Source: Acidobacteriota bacterium
GTDB lineage: Bacteria > Acidobacteriota > CAIWXX01
Direction of reading: 5' to 3'
Length of the DNA: 64,000 bases
NCBI GenBank assembly: GCA_040755995.1
Contig: JBFMAF010000036.1
Location: forward strand, 96,001 to 160,000
Shown: piece by piece, positions 40,791 to 50,772 of the stretch
How positions within the stretch are numbered: position 1 is the first letter of the stretch
Layout of the letters: every line of letters begins with the position of its first letter
The notes under the pieces: model-generated
What the model saw: only the letters and a program-made list of their open reading frames with translations
Databases searched by the model: none
Told to the model about the DNA's origin: nothing
Program-made: the position numbers and the translations under genes

Positions 40791-43700
40791 CTAGGCGGTG
40801 GTCGCGCGGCCCGGTCCGTCTGCCACGCCCTGGAATCCTTGCAGCACGTGCGGCCGCTGCGCCCCCGAGTTGACCAGGTAGCAGAACGCCAGCGGGTGAA
40901 TGTGCTGTGGCGAAACCTCGAACGGTGCCACATCCTGCGCCATCCGCTGCACGACCTCCACCAGGCGGCCGAAGTTGTTCACGAATCCAGGTCGCTCCGC
41001 GGCCTCCTTCAGTCGATCGGCGAGAAGCTGCGCCTTCGGCGCAAGATCCCGTTGTACCACGAACCCGTACCAGCACTGCCGCCGGCAGAACCGGCATCCA
41101 GGCTCGATGCGTCTGGGCTGCACCGCCACCTGCCCTCGGAGTTCCTCCAGGAACGCGACGATCTGGTCGGCCGTTTGTGGTGTTGTCGGGCCCTCGTTCA
41201 TGAGCCCTGAAACGGCTCCGGAGAACAGCTCCTCCAATCGGAGATACGATCGGAAGCTGCCGAGGCCTCCGCGATAGTACCCGTGCCATTCCTTCAACGC
41301 GAGATGCGCCGTCTGGACGATATTGCAGAACAGGACGCCGGGCGCGGGCTCGACGCCGCCGAGGCGCTTGCGCAGAGCATTGAGAAGCGTCGCGCGCGTC
41401 CGCGCCCACTCCGCTTTCGCCGCCGGCGGCGAGCCCGCCATCAGGCTCGCGATGAAGTTATGGCATGCCTCGTAGCCGGCGGCATCGGGGGCGTTTGCAT
41501 CGGACAGGTACATGCAGGGGGAATCGCAGGGGGCGCACCCGGGCCACCGTCGGTATATATCACGCACTGTGTCTTGAAACGCAGTCATACGCTTTCGCAG
41601 TCCCTCGCGCCCGATGTCCCGCATGAACTGTTCGCGCAGGTTGTCCTTGACGCCGTACACCTGCAGCAAGATCGGCTTGTCCAGGAATTCGTTGTGGACC
41701 ACGGCCTGGCCCACACGCAACCGCACCACGTGCTCCTTCTGTTCCTGCGTCAGGTTCATGGCATTGCCCACCGACTGCCGGTCGTCTTCCGCGACGATAC
41801 GGTGCAGGATCTTGAGATTGGTGTTCTTCAGAACGTCCGGAGTCAGCTTGGCCGGCACCTGATCCACGATGATGAACCCCTCGCCGTACTCACGGATCTC
41901 GGCCAGAATATCGGAAAACATCTCCACGGCCTTCCCGCGCGGGTTGGCGGACTCGGCACTGAGCGCGGGCGGGATGTTCTTGAGGAGCCGGTGGGACTCC
42001 TCGATCAGCGTGATGTGCTGCAGGCCGCCGCCGTAATGCCGGGCAGTCTCGCAATACTCGTAGAGGTTTATCAGGAGCAGCGCCATGAGGAAGGCCTTCT
42101 CTGCATCATCCCCCACGTTCTTGAGCTCCATCACGGACGGCTTGCCGAAGAGCAGCTCCGCAGGGTATGAGTTGCGCGTGTTCAACATCGATCCCTTGCC
42201 CGCGATCAGGAGACTCTTGATGCGTGCCTTCAAAGCCGCCGAGATATCCATGCTCAGCTGCTGTGCGTATTTCTTCCGTTCCACGACGACGTCGATCTGG
42301 CGGTACAGGTCCTCGATCGTCGGCAGATACGGCACGTAGTCGTCCTTCGATGCGTCGATGAAGCGATTCTCCGAGCGGGAGAGGTCCCATCCCCGGTCTG
42401 TGTAGACGTCGAGGACCGCTTCCTCGAGGATGTACGGCATAGAGGCGTACATCGGGAAGCTGGCATTGAATACCGCCTTGAGCAGATCGATGTGGGTGAG
42501 CAGAGGGTAGCCGCGGGCGAAATGGAACGGGTTGAGGCGAAACGGGGACGTGGTCTCGTCCCCGAGTGTGAACACCTGCAGCTCGCGTCCCATCACAGGG
42601 TCCGCCAGCAAGACCCTGTACTCGGTCTTGGCCGGCTCGATCACCAGAAACGGCACCTGCTCGCGTTCGTATGCCACCCGCAACAACGCCAGACATGTAT
42701 TGGTCTTGCCCGCCCCCGTAATCCCGGTGATGAAAGTGTGCTTCGTCAGGCTTTTCGGTGGAACGTAGAAACGATCCGGCAGGACCTCGCCCCTGTAGAT
42801 CACCTGACCCAGCGCAAACCCTTCGGCAGCCGGTGGGTTGAGACCGAAGTCGGCGATTGGCGTCAACCGAATCCCAGGAACCTCCTCGCGCGGCATCCCC
42901 ATCACCAGCGACAGCTCGACGGTATTCAACGGAGTCGCGAGCTTGTGATAGATGGGTCCCAGCGGATGAGGAGCCTGTTCCGGGAACTGGATCTCGGGAT
43001 TGCGGAATTGCATGAGCGAGTCGCGGAGCGCCTCGTCATGCGCGCTCATATCGATCGACCGCAACGGTTCAAAATATGTCTCCTCACCCGACAGCACAGC
43101 CCGGACGACACCCTGTCCGCGATGCAGCGTGTTCTCGTTCTCAGCAAGAAGGAAGGTGCCGACATTCCACAGGCCGGAATTCTTGCCGTCCTGCAGGCGC
43201 TCCACGTACCGGTCCAGCAGCGACTCGCAGAACGCCGCAGTCTTGTTGAGAATCTCACGGCTGATGCCGCGCGTGCGCTGCTCGGACGTCGTGTCGGTGC
43301 GACCCATCGAGAACCCGGCACCCCCGACCACGGCGCTCAGGATCGGGCTGGCCGCTCCGAGCAGCGGACCGAACCCGAGCATGCCTCCGAGCAGCGTGGC
43401 CCCGCCGACGATGAGGCCGCCGCCGAGCGACCCGCCTTTCTGGTCGGCCCGCGAGGTCGTCTGTCCGATGGAGTCGCTCATGGTGCCGCGGACGTAAGCA
43501 TGAATCTCGGAGCTCAGCTCGCGGCACCTCTGGATCACCTCGTCGACCGTCGGCTCGCGAATCGGTTCGGCGATCACCACCAGGCAGTACTGCTCGCCGC
43601 GCAGGCTGTTGGCCAGCCGTTCGAGCCCCTGGACAAACACATCCTTCGACCCCTCTTTCAGCGACGGAATCCCGGTGATCGCGCCGATCCGCCGCAGGCT

Positions 43701-44174
43701 GGCGATGGGACGCAGCAGTTCCAGCGAGACATCGCGCGGCCCGAGCGAGCTCAGGCGAATGCCTGGGTAATTGCCGTGCAGAGCGCTGTCCAGGACTTCG
43801 ATCAGGTCGGCCGTGTGCTCGTGGCTGGCGGCATCCGACTTGTACAGGCCCATGTAGAGCTGCGTGCGATGCCCCTCGCTCCCGACCACGAACGCCAGCG
43901 AGTGAGAGCCGTCGCGGAACGAGCTAATCACGTTCTGCATGTTCAGGGCGTGAAGGCTCCGGCTCACGTCCGGCGAATGCGCAACTTCTGTGATCCGAAG
44001 GAACCGCAGGTTTGCCATCAGATTCGCGTCGGGCTTGACCTGTACCAGCCCGAAGTCGGGGACGCCGGGGAGGTAGCGCCGCTCGAGCGCCGTCAACAGG
44101 CTCTGACTTAGAGCGCTGTCGGACAGAGCCATCATCTGGCCATGGGGTCCTGCTACCTGCAAAGGCATATCCAC
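40791..44174 (-). CDS. HerA/FtsK/VirB4-like (DUF87) ATPase
   Basis: Walker A GITGAGKT, LVIEPAK.EY, Walker B LIEESHR, EIREYG, VDQ.P; Gly-rich hydrophobic segment; Cys-cluster C-terminus. Confidence 0.9.
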   Translation of the reverse strand: MDMPLQVAGPHGQMMALSDSALSQSLLTALERRYLPGVPDFGLVQVKPDANLMANLRFLRITEVAHSPDVSRSLHALNMQNVISSFRDGSHSLAFVVGSEGHRTQLYMGLYKSDAASHEHTADLIEVLDSALHGNYPGIRLSSLGPRDVSLELLRPIASLRRIGAITGIPSLKEGSKDVFVQGLERLANSLRGEQYCLVVIAEPIREPTVDEVIQRCRELSSEIHAYVRGTMSDSIGQTTSRADQKGGSLGGGLIVGGATLLGGMLGFGPLLGAASPILSAVVGGAGFSMGRTDTTSEQRTRGISREILNKTAAFCESLLDRYVERLQDGKNSGLWNVGTFLLAENENTLHRGQGVVRAVLSGEETYFEPLRSIDMSAHDEALRDSLMQFRNPEIQFPEQAPHPLGPIYHKLATPLNTVELSLVMGMPREEVPGIRLTPIADFGLNPPAAEGFALGQVIYRGEVLPDRFYVPPKSLTKHTFITGITGAGKTNTCLALLRVAYEREQVPFLVIEPAKTEYRVLLADPVMGRELQVFTLGDETTSPFRLNPFHFARGYPLLTHIDLLKAVFNASFPMYASMPYILEEAVLDVYTDRGWDLSRSENRFIDASKDDYVPYLPTIEDLYRQIDVVVERKKYAQQLSMDISAALKARIKSLLIAGKGSMLNTRNSYPAELLFGKPSVMELKNVGDDAEKAFLMALLLINLYEYCETARHYGGGLQHITLIEESHRLLKNIPPALSAESANPRGKAVEMFSDILAEIREYGEGFIIVDQVPAKLTPDVLKNTNLKILHRIVAEDDRQSVGNAMNLTQEQKEHVVRLRVGQAVVHNEFLDKPILLQVYGVKDNLREQFMRDIGREGLRKRMTAFQDTVRDIYRRWPGCAPCDSPCMYLSDANAPDAAGYEACHNFIASLMAGSPPAAKAEWARTRATLLNALRKRLGGVEPAPGVLFCNIVQTAHLALKEWHGYYRGGLGSFRSYLRLEELFSGAVSGLMNEGPTTPQTADQIVAFLEELRGQVAVQPRRIEPGCRFCRRQCWYGFVVQRDLAPKAQLLADRLKEAAERPGFVNNFGRLVEVVQRMAQDVAPFEVSPQHIHPLAFCYLVNSGAQRPHVLQGFQGVADGPGRATTA

Positions 44175-44175
44175 C

Positions 44176-46056
44176 TCACTTCTTGAGCTGGGTCACGGCA
44201 CAGATCGCCAGCCCCCTGGCGATCGTCTCCTCCGGGTTCGGCGCAAGAATCGGCGGGCGGTCGAGAGCCGCGCGCACGGCGTCGCCCGCGAAGTACCACC
44301 GCGCACTCCCGCCCGCCAGGATGACATGATCCAGGTGCACGGGCCTGAAGCCGATCCTTCCCGGGGCCTCGACGAGCGCATCCTGCAGCTGCTTGCGTGC
44401 CTCGGTCAGGAGCTGGTCCATCTCGACACGCGTCATTGAGATGCGCGTCGGTGGATCGCCCGCCGGAATGACGCAGTACTGGACATGCTCATTCCGTCCC
44501 TCGGCAAACGACCTCGACGCCTCTTCCTTGAAATCGCGCGCCAGCAGGGCGAGCGCGCGATGGTCCTCGTCCGAGAGCTCCAACTGCAGATGCTGGAGCA
44601 ACCAGTTCTCGATCATCATGTCAAACCACATGCCGCCCAGAGGAAGCTCCGTGTGATCGATCACGACCGGAGGCGACCCTTCGCCGCGTATCTCCACGAA
44701 CGAGATGCCCAGACCCTGGCTGCCCCAATCGAGCACCATCGCGTGCTCGGTGTCTCGGGGCGCCTTCTGGAGATGGAACGCCGCCGCGGCGAGAGGCTCG
44801 GGCACGAGCATTGCCAGCGGGAATCCGGACTGCTCAACCACCTCTGCCAACGCTTGCATGCGTTCCTCGGGCCAATCGGGCGGCACACCAAGAGCCGTCG
44901 CCGCGCCCTCGTGAGAATCAACCGAGCCCGGCCCGAGCACCTCGACCAGACGATAGCACAGCATCGTGAGAAAGCTGCGTGCCGCCTGAGCCGCCTCGCC
45001 CGAATCAGCTCCAATCTCGCCTGCGAATCCCAGGCTGACCTCATCCGGCGCCTGCGGCCACAGGCCCAGTGCGGCCTGGCCGAACAGGTCGGCGGAGCCC
45101 CCGGCGGACAGCTTCACGGCTGACGGGACCATCGTGCGCGCATCGAAGCGCACGAAGTCGGGCGGCGCGAGCAGGCGCCGGCCGTCGGCGCGGGCGTAAG
45201 CCAGGTAGGAATAGCCGCGACCCAGCGCGAGCCCAGTGATCGTGCGCGCGCCTCGCCGAGCCGGACGCTCACGATGCACACGGGCCAGACTCGAGAGGTT
45301 CCTCTGGGGTTCGGGTTTCGGCGGCCGCGCCTGAGCCGGCGTCGGGGACGGCGCCGGCGCTTGCACCTGCACAACGGCGCCGGCTCCAACCAGAGCCGCC
45401 CGAAGCCGCTCCGCGACCTCAAACGACAACTCCACGGCCAGCAGCACCGGCGCGCTCGCGACGAATGCGCTCGCGTCAGAGGGATTGAGGCCGAGGACCT
45501 GCCGGAGCGCGACGATGACACGCGGCCGATATGGGCCCGCAGAGACGAGCGTTATGTTGTATCCGGTCTGAGCGGCCGGCACCGGCGCCGCTGGAGACGC
45601 TGCGATCGCCGGTGGAGCTTGAGGCTGCACCACAGGCGCCGACCTTGGTGCAGCTGGTTGTCCCGGCGTGTGTTGCGGTGGAACCGAGGCGGCCGGTTGT
45701 TGTCCAGACGTCGGCGCCACAGGTACGGCAGCAAGCGCGGCGGGAGCTCGGACCGGTGGTGACTGCCGCTGGACCGCGGGCGCGGCCACAACGGGAGCCG
45801 CTGGAGGTTGCGCTGCAGCTGTTGCCGGGGCGCGATCAGTAGACATAGTCGGAGCCGCGGTCGCTGCGGCAACGGTTGGGGTTGCAGTCGGCGCGGGCGA
45901 TTTGAGAGTTGCAGGGGTTGGCGGATCCGGCGGCCCTGCGGGCTCTCCCGCGTCGGCGCGCTCTCCGCATTTCTGGCAGAAGCGCCCTTCAGGTGGCAGT
46001 TTCGAACCACAGCTAGTGCAAAATCTCGACGGCGGATTCTTCGCGTTCTCAGGCAT
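44176..46056 (-). CDS. Zn-ribbon / Pro-rich / L7-L12-CTD-like / Hsp70-NBD fusion protein
   Basis: CTSC..CQKC; L12-CTD-like segment 45361-45561; VPSAV, GVP, EPLAAA, LGG..FD, LAGGS, PEETIARG. Confidence 0.85.
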   Translation of the reverse strand: MPENAKNPPSRFCTSCGSKLPPEGRFCQKCGERADAGEPAGPPDPPTPATLKSPAPTATPTVAAATAAPTMSTDRAPATAAAQPPAAPVVAAPAVQRQSPPVRAPAALAAVPVAPTSGQQPAASVPPQHTPGQPAAPRSAPVVQPQAPPAIAASPAAPVPAAQTGYNITLVSAGPYRPRVIVALRQVLGLNPSDASAFVASAPVLLAVELSFEVAERLRAALVGAGAVVQVQAPAPSPTPAQARPPKPEPQRNLSSLARVHRERPARRGARTITGLALGRGYSYLAYARADGRRLLAPPDFVRFDARTMVPSAVKLSAGGSADLFGQAALGLWPQAPDEVSLGFAGEIGADSGEAAQAARSFLTMLCYRLVEVLGPGSVDSHEGAATALGVPPDWPEERMQALAEVVEQSGFPLAMLVPEPLAAAAFHLQKAPRDTEHAMVLDWGSQGLGISFVEIRGEGSPPVVIDHTELPLGGMWFDMMIENWLLQHLQLELSDEDHRALALLARDFKEEASRSFAEGRNEHVQYCVIPAGDPPTRISMTRVEMDQLLTEARKQLQDALVEAPGRIGFRPVHLDHVILAGGSARWYFAGDAVRAALDRPPILAPNPEETIARGLAICAVTQLKK

Positions 46057-46072
46057 CGGATTCACCCTTGTG

Positions 46073-46100
46073 CAGTTGTCAGTTGCCAGTTGTCGGTTGC
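46073..46100. repeat. Heptamer tandem repeat (CAGTTGY) x4
   Basis: cagttgt cagttgc cagttgt cggttgc. Confidence 0.75.
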
Positions 46101-46202
46101 GGACGATGCTGAGTGCCCCGCCGCGATCGCGAACTGTCTCGGCGCCGTGACGTCGCACCTTGTGTCCCGGGCATCTCTCTTCCCGTGGAGGGGAGCGGCC
46201 CA

Positions 46203-46943
46203 CTACCCTGCGGGGCTGCCGCAGTGGTCGCAGAATCTGGCGTCCGCGTGGAGCTCGTGCCCGCAGGTGAAGCACCTCTTGGATGCCGCGGCCCCGCATG
46301 CGTTGCAGAACTTCGAGCCGGGTTGCAGCGGCTGGCCGCACTGAACGCAGGCCACCGGGCCTGCTGCAACTCCCGCCTGACCTGGCGACCCCATGGTGAC
46401 TGGCGGAGGTGGCCTGACAGGGCCATGTGGTGCGCCAGGTTGCCCCTGAGCGGAGCCGAATGCTTGCGGGCCCTGAAACGGCGCCTGGGACGCGCCGAAG
46501 CTGGGAGCCGTGCTGAATCCGGGGGCGGCGCCGGCGGGCGAGCCGCCGAACGCGGAGTTCGTCCTCACGTACTCCTCGATGAAACGCCATGCTTTGGTCT
46601 GCAACTGCGACTGCTGGTAGGCCCCGACCCCCGCCGTGATCAGCGCAGGGAAGAAGACGATGGCTCCCACGCCGGCCACGACACCCTTGTCAGCCCACTT
46701 CGCTCCTCCCATCTCGACACTCACGTACTCGCCTTCCAGGCCGATCATGGCCGTCAGAGCGGACGACATCCCGGCGATCTTGCGGAGTGTGTCTTCTTTG
46801 CGTGCCTGGACGGTCAAACCGCCGTTCGGCGCCGGCATGATCTGAGTCTGATACCCGTCCCTGGCGAACCATTCCGTGAGCGATTGGGCCAGTGCCTGCA
46901 TGTCAATGTCGGGGCCGTAGAAGTGGCGCTTCTCCATGGGCAT
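46203..46943 (-). CDS. Membrane protein with C-terminal double zinc ribbon
   Basis: GGAGG RBS; hydrophobic GVVAGVGAIVFFPALITAGVG; four CxxC pairs. Confidence 0.85.
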   Translation of the reverse strand: MPMEKRHFYGPDIDMQALAQSLTEWFARDGYQTQIMPAPNGGLTVQARKEDTLRKIAGMSSALTAMIGLEGEYVSVEMGGAKWADKGVVAGVGAIVFFPALITAGVGAYQQSQLQTKAWRFIEEYVRTNSAFGGSPAGAAPGFSTAPSFGASQAPFQGPQAFGSAQGQPGAPHGPVRPPPPVTMGSPGQAGVAAGPVACVQCGQPLQPGSKFCNACGAAASKRCFTCGHELHADARFCDHCGSPAG

Positions 46944-47012
46944 GGTCTAGACCTCCTTCAACCTTCGCTTCTATGTGCAGCGCTACGATCTGTCGGAACC
47001 GTATCTCCGGGC

Positions 47013-47672
47013 TCAGAAGAACACCGAGTCCGAGACCTTCTCTCCGCGATTGACGCGCTCGGCCACCTTGTATCCATCGAACGCGCAGGCCACCGCAAAT
47101 ACCAACCCCAGCAGCATCCACAGCGAGAAGATGCCGGGATTCGTCAACACCATCTGCTCCTGGCCGAACATGTCCATCATCGGAGTGTAGGCACCCCTGA
47201 GAATGACGAACGACGCGATCCACCAGACGGCGAGTTGAATCGCCCCTTTCTTCATCTGTCCGTTATAGAAGGCCTGCGCCCCGAACCCGCCTAGAAAGAA
47301 CCCCAGCGCCGCAGCTACGCCCTGGCTCTTCCGCTTCGAGACCGGCTGCGCCGGGTAGTATCCTGGCGGATAGGCGCCCGGTGCCTGCGCCGGTGGAGGG
47401 CCGTACGGTTGAGGCGCCTGTGGTGGTGCATAGGGCACCCCGACGGGCGGCTGGCTCGGCGGGTACTGCGGAATTGCGGGTGGCGGCGCCTGAGGCGGCT
47501 GGTAGTACTGTCCACCTGGGTAGGCAGAGGTGGGAGGTGGAGCCTCTGACTGCGGCGGGGCCGGAGCGATCGGAGGCTGTGGACTCGGAGCGGCGGCGAC
47601 GGGTGCACCGCAGGACATACAGAAGCGAGCATCATCGGCATTCTTGGTCCCGCACTGACTGCAGAATGGCAT
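47013..47672 (-). CDS. Zn-ribbon + Pro-rich + TM2-domain protein
   Basis: FCSQCG..FCMSCG; KSQGVAAALGFFLGGFGAQAFYNGQMKKG. Confidence 0.88.
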   Translation of the reverse strand: MPFCSQCGTKNADDARFCMSCGAPVAAAPSPQPPIAPAPPQSEAPPPTSAYPGGQYYQPPQAPPPAIPQYPPSQPPVGVPYAPPQAPQPYGPPPAQAPGAYPPGYYPAQPVSKRKSQGVAAALGFFLGGFGAQAFYNGQMKKGAIQLAVWWIASFVILRGAYTPMMDMFGQEQMVLTNPGIFSLWMLLGLVFAVACAFDGYKVAERVNRGEKVSDSVFF

Positions 47673-47995
47673 AGGATCACCTCTTCAGAGTATTGTCGAG
47701 TGGAGTTTCGAAGCAGACCCGCGGGTCCTCACGCCGGCTTGCGGCGCCAGGGCAGGCGATCGACCGGACGCGCTCGCGGCGAGCCTTGCGGGTAGCCGGC
47801 ATAGCGCCCAAGATAGGCGTGCCCGGCGCCGTTGTCAAGCCCGCTGCGCGCAGGAGAACGGAAGAGGCGAGTGGCAGCCTGCCCATCGGCCTTTCATGCA
47901 GCTCGCCTGGCCGTCACGTGCGTTCGACACGGGCCCGCGTCGTTCATCACATTGCACGGCGCGCGAAGGCGGCTCCATCGTATGGTATGGGTGTG

Positions 47996-48550
47996 ATGAT
48001 CAAGCAGCGAGCGAGCGAGCGGTCTGCGCGTGGCCGGCCTGCCTTCGCGCCGGATCTCCTGGCGCTGGTCATCTGCTTCGGAGCCGCGGCCGAGGCTTCG
48101 GATGCCCTCGCAACGCCTGACGGACTGCTCAGGCCGGCCGGCTTCGAGCTCGACGGTCCGACGCAGACTTACGGAACCGACGAGCGCACCCTGCAGGACG
48201 GCTCGATCTTCGATTACATGGACGGTGCGGGAGTCGCCTATCTGGAGCACGGATTTCAGCGGCTGAGCCACACGTCGCTCAAGAACGCAGCCGGCCATCG
48301 CATCGTCGTGGATTCGTTCGAGTTCTCTTCCCCCGAGCAGGCGCAGGCGGCTTTCGCAGACGAGGCCATTTGCCCGGCGGGGTACGTCGCTCTGGAAGTC
48401 CGCGGGAGTCAGTGCAAGGTTTACAACTTCTCGCCCGACTACGTGCTGTGCTTCGCCGCGGGAAATCGCATGGTCAGCATCCGCACGAACAACGATGAGC
48501 ACGCCCGGGCGGTGAGGGAGCTCGCCTCCGGGCTCTTGATGGAAAGGTAA
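47996..48550 (+). CDS. Secreted hypothetical protein (DUF6599-like)
   Basis: Signal-like segment, IFDYMDGAG..YL..GF; start uncertain. Confidence 0.65.
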   Translation: MIKQRASERSARGRPAFAPDLLALVICFGAAAEASDALATPDGLLRPAGFELDGPTQTYGTDERTLQDGSIFDYMDGAGVAYLEHGFQRLSHTSLKNAAGHRIVVDSFEFSSPEQAQAAFADEAICPAGYVALEVRGSQCKVYNFSPDYVLCFAAGNRMVSIRTNNDEHARAVRELASGLLMER

Positions 48551-48554
48551 GGGC

Positions 48555-49511
48555 ATGAACCGCAGATGGTCCCGAAGAGACTTCATCGCAGCAGGCGCCC
48601 TGGGAGGGATGGCAGGATGGTGGGCGTCGAGCAAGGCGGCAACGTTGCTGGCGCAGTCGTCGTTGGCATTCGACAGGACGAAGGTGATCGTAGCTCGCGA
48701 CGAAAAGTGCATCAACGGGCGCAACGAGTGCGACCCGGTGCTGGTCAAGAGGGCCTTCGACAGGTCACTGCTCGCGTTGACCGGCCGGCAGGATGCAAGG
48801 GCGGCCTGGACGTCGCTGGGACTGGCCGCCGCCGACGTGGTCGCGGTCAAGATGAACTGCTGCACCTGGACGATCCCGCTCGCGCCGCACAAGGAGCTTG
48901 TCCGCGCGCTCTGCGACAGCCTCGGAACTGTCATCCCGCAGAACAACATCATCCTCTACGACCGCTCGAACGAGCAGCTCGATGAGGGCGGCTTCGCCAT
49001 CAACCAGTCGAAAAGCGGTGTGCGCTGCTTCGGGAACGACCAGGGTGGAGGCTACGACGAGCAGGAGAGGCTCACACGGATCGTCACCAACACCTGCACC
49101 AAGCTCATCAACCTTGCGTCGCTGAAGTGCGTCGAGTGGCATTTCGGCGGAAGCATCTTCATGAAGAACCACATCGGCACGCTCATGAGTGAAGACATGC
49201 CGAAGTGCCACGGCAACCCCGATTTCCTGGCGGAAGTGAGCTCTCGTCCCAGCATACGGAAGAAGACGATACTGCAGCTCTGCGACGGTCTCCGGGGCAG
49301 CTACCAGAGAGGAGTCCCGTGGTACTGGGCCGGGATCATCATGGGACGGGACCCGGTGGCGTCCGAATGCGTGGCGATGGACGTGATCAACGAGAAACGT
49401 ATCGCCGAGAAGGTGCCCGCGATAGAAATGCCGGCGCACCTGCTGATTGCCGCGGGCAAGTACAGGATCGGCACCTGCAACGCGCATCTGATCGAGAGAG
49501 TACGAGTGTAA
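48555..49511 (+). CDS. Tat-exported DUF362 protein
   Basis: SRRDFI Tat motif, VAVKMN, INLASLK, MKNHIG, DPVA. Confidence 0.85.
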   Translation: MNRRWSRRDFIAAGALGGMAGWWASSKAATLLAQSSLAFDRTKVIVARDEKCINGRNECDPVLVKRAFDRSLLALTGRQDARAAWTSLGLAAADVVAVKMNCCTWTIPLAPHKELVRALCDSLGTVIPQNNIILYDRSNEQLDEGGFAINQSKSGVRCFGNDQGGGYDEQERLTRIVTNTCTKLINLASLKCVEWHFGGSIFMKNHIGTLMSEDMPKCHGNPDFLAEVSSRPSIRKKTILQLCDGLRGSYQRGVPWYWAGIIMGRDPVASECVAMDVINEKRIAEKVPAIEMPAHLLIAAGKYRIGTCNAHLIERVRV

Positions 49512-49532
49512 AACCGGATGAAGGGAGGCGGC

Positions 49533-50768
49533 ATGGAGCGGAACGGAAGATCCTGGTATCGGCGCGAGTTCCTGAAGAGCAACTTCTTGGGGGCGATCTC
49601 ACTCGGCCTGCTCGGCTCTACGGCACTCGGCGAGGAGACGTCGGCTGCCAAAGCGCCGCCGGGCCCGGTGATCCACCGCACCCTGGGCCGGACCGGCATC
49701 AAGCTGCCGGTCGTGAGCATGGGCGTGATGAATGCCAGCGGGAACGCCGCCCTGGTCAAGGCAGCGTTTGAGAAGGGCATCCGGCACTTCGATACCGCTG
49801 CGTCTTACGGACGCGGAAGAAACGAGATCATGCTCGGCGCGGTGTTCAAAGAGCTGCAGGCGCGCGACGAGGTCTGCATCGCGACGAAGATGCCCGGTAT
49901 CCCGCGATCAGTGATCGCGCAGATGGACGTCGAGCGCGTATGCGACTACTGCCTGGATCAGATCGCCGGGTGCCTCCAACGTCTGCAGACCGACCACGTG
50001 GAGATGATCTACATCCACGATGTGTCGGACCCCGCCTATCTAGTGGATCCCGGCTCCCGCAAGGCGCTGGAGATCGCGAAGCGAGAGAAGAAGGCCCGCT
50101 GGGTCGGCTTCTCGACTCACTCGAAGATGATCGATTGCCTCAACGCGGCATCGCGCGACGGCTTCTTCGACGTCGTGCTGTCTTCGTTCAACTACTCGAT
50201 GTCGGAAAACACGGCGTATATGAAGGCGCTTGAGACCGCGGCCGCCAAGGGAATCGGGCTCATCGCGATGAAGACGCAGTGCAAGCAGCCATGGTACCGC
50301 GAGCCCGAGTACGAGTCGGGCGACCAGTTCTACCAGGGTAACATCGTTCACACCGCGCTGCTGAAGTGGGTCTTGCGGCACGAGTTCATCACGACCGCCA
50401 TCCCGGGTTTCACTACGTTCCAGGAGCTGGATGAGGACTTCTCGGTTGCCGGCAACCTGGAGTACACCCCCAACGAAGAGAGATTCCTCAAGGACCGCAA
50501 TGTCAGAATCGCCATGAAGTCCGTCTGCCAGCAGTGCGGCCAATGCGTCGCCACCTGTTCCGGGCGTGCCGACATCCCGACCCTGATGCGCTCGCACATG
50601 TACGCGGCCTGCTACTCGAACTTCCAGCAGGCGCGAGCCACTCTCGACGAGATCCCTGCTGGACGCGGTCTATCGAGCTGCAGCTCCTGCGACACCTGCA
50701 CCGCGCGATGCGCCAACCGTGTCGACATCGCCCGGAGGCTGGACGAGCTCAAGGTGATCTTCGCGTGA
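49533..50768 (+). CDS. Aldo/keto reductase with C-terminal Fe-S dicluster and Tat-like signal
   Basis: RREFLK, RTLGRTG, FDTA..Y, GFSTH, CQQCGQCVATC, CSSCDTC. Confidence 0.92.
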   Translation: MERNGRSWYRREFLKSNFLGAISLGLLGSTALGEETSAAKAPPGPVIHRTLGRTGIKLPVVSMGVMNASGNAALVKAAFEKGIRHFDTAASYGRGRNEIMLGAVFKELQARDEVCIATKMPGIPRSVIAQMDVERVCDYCLDQIAGCLQRLQTDHVEMIYIHDVSDPAYLVDPGSRKALEIAKREKKARWVGFSTHSKMIDCLNAASRDGFFDVVLSSFNYSMSENTAYMKALETAAAKGIGLIAMKTQCKQPWYREPEYESGDQFYQGNIVHTALLKWVLRHEFITTAIPGFTTFQELDEDFSVAGNLEYTPNEERFLKDRNVRIAMKSVCQQCGQCVATCSGRADIPTLMRSHMYAACYSNFQQARATLDEIPAGRGLSSCSSCDTCTARCANRVDIARRLDELKVIFA

Positions 50769-50772
50769 ACAC

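Noticed and set aside
40791..44174. HerA-NurA, Sir2-HerA or conjugative VirB4/T4CP assignment
   Set aside because: No nuclease, sirtuin, relaxase or mating-pair genes adjacent
45361..45561. Stand-alone rplL gene
   Set aside because: Embedded in a larger ORF, lacks the L12 N-terminal domain and rplJ context
46057..46590. N-terminal 178 aa of the 804-aa ORF
   Set aside because: Overlaps the zinc-ribbon gene in another frame; real start is likely ATG 46056
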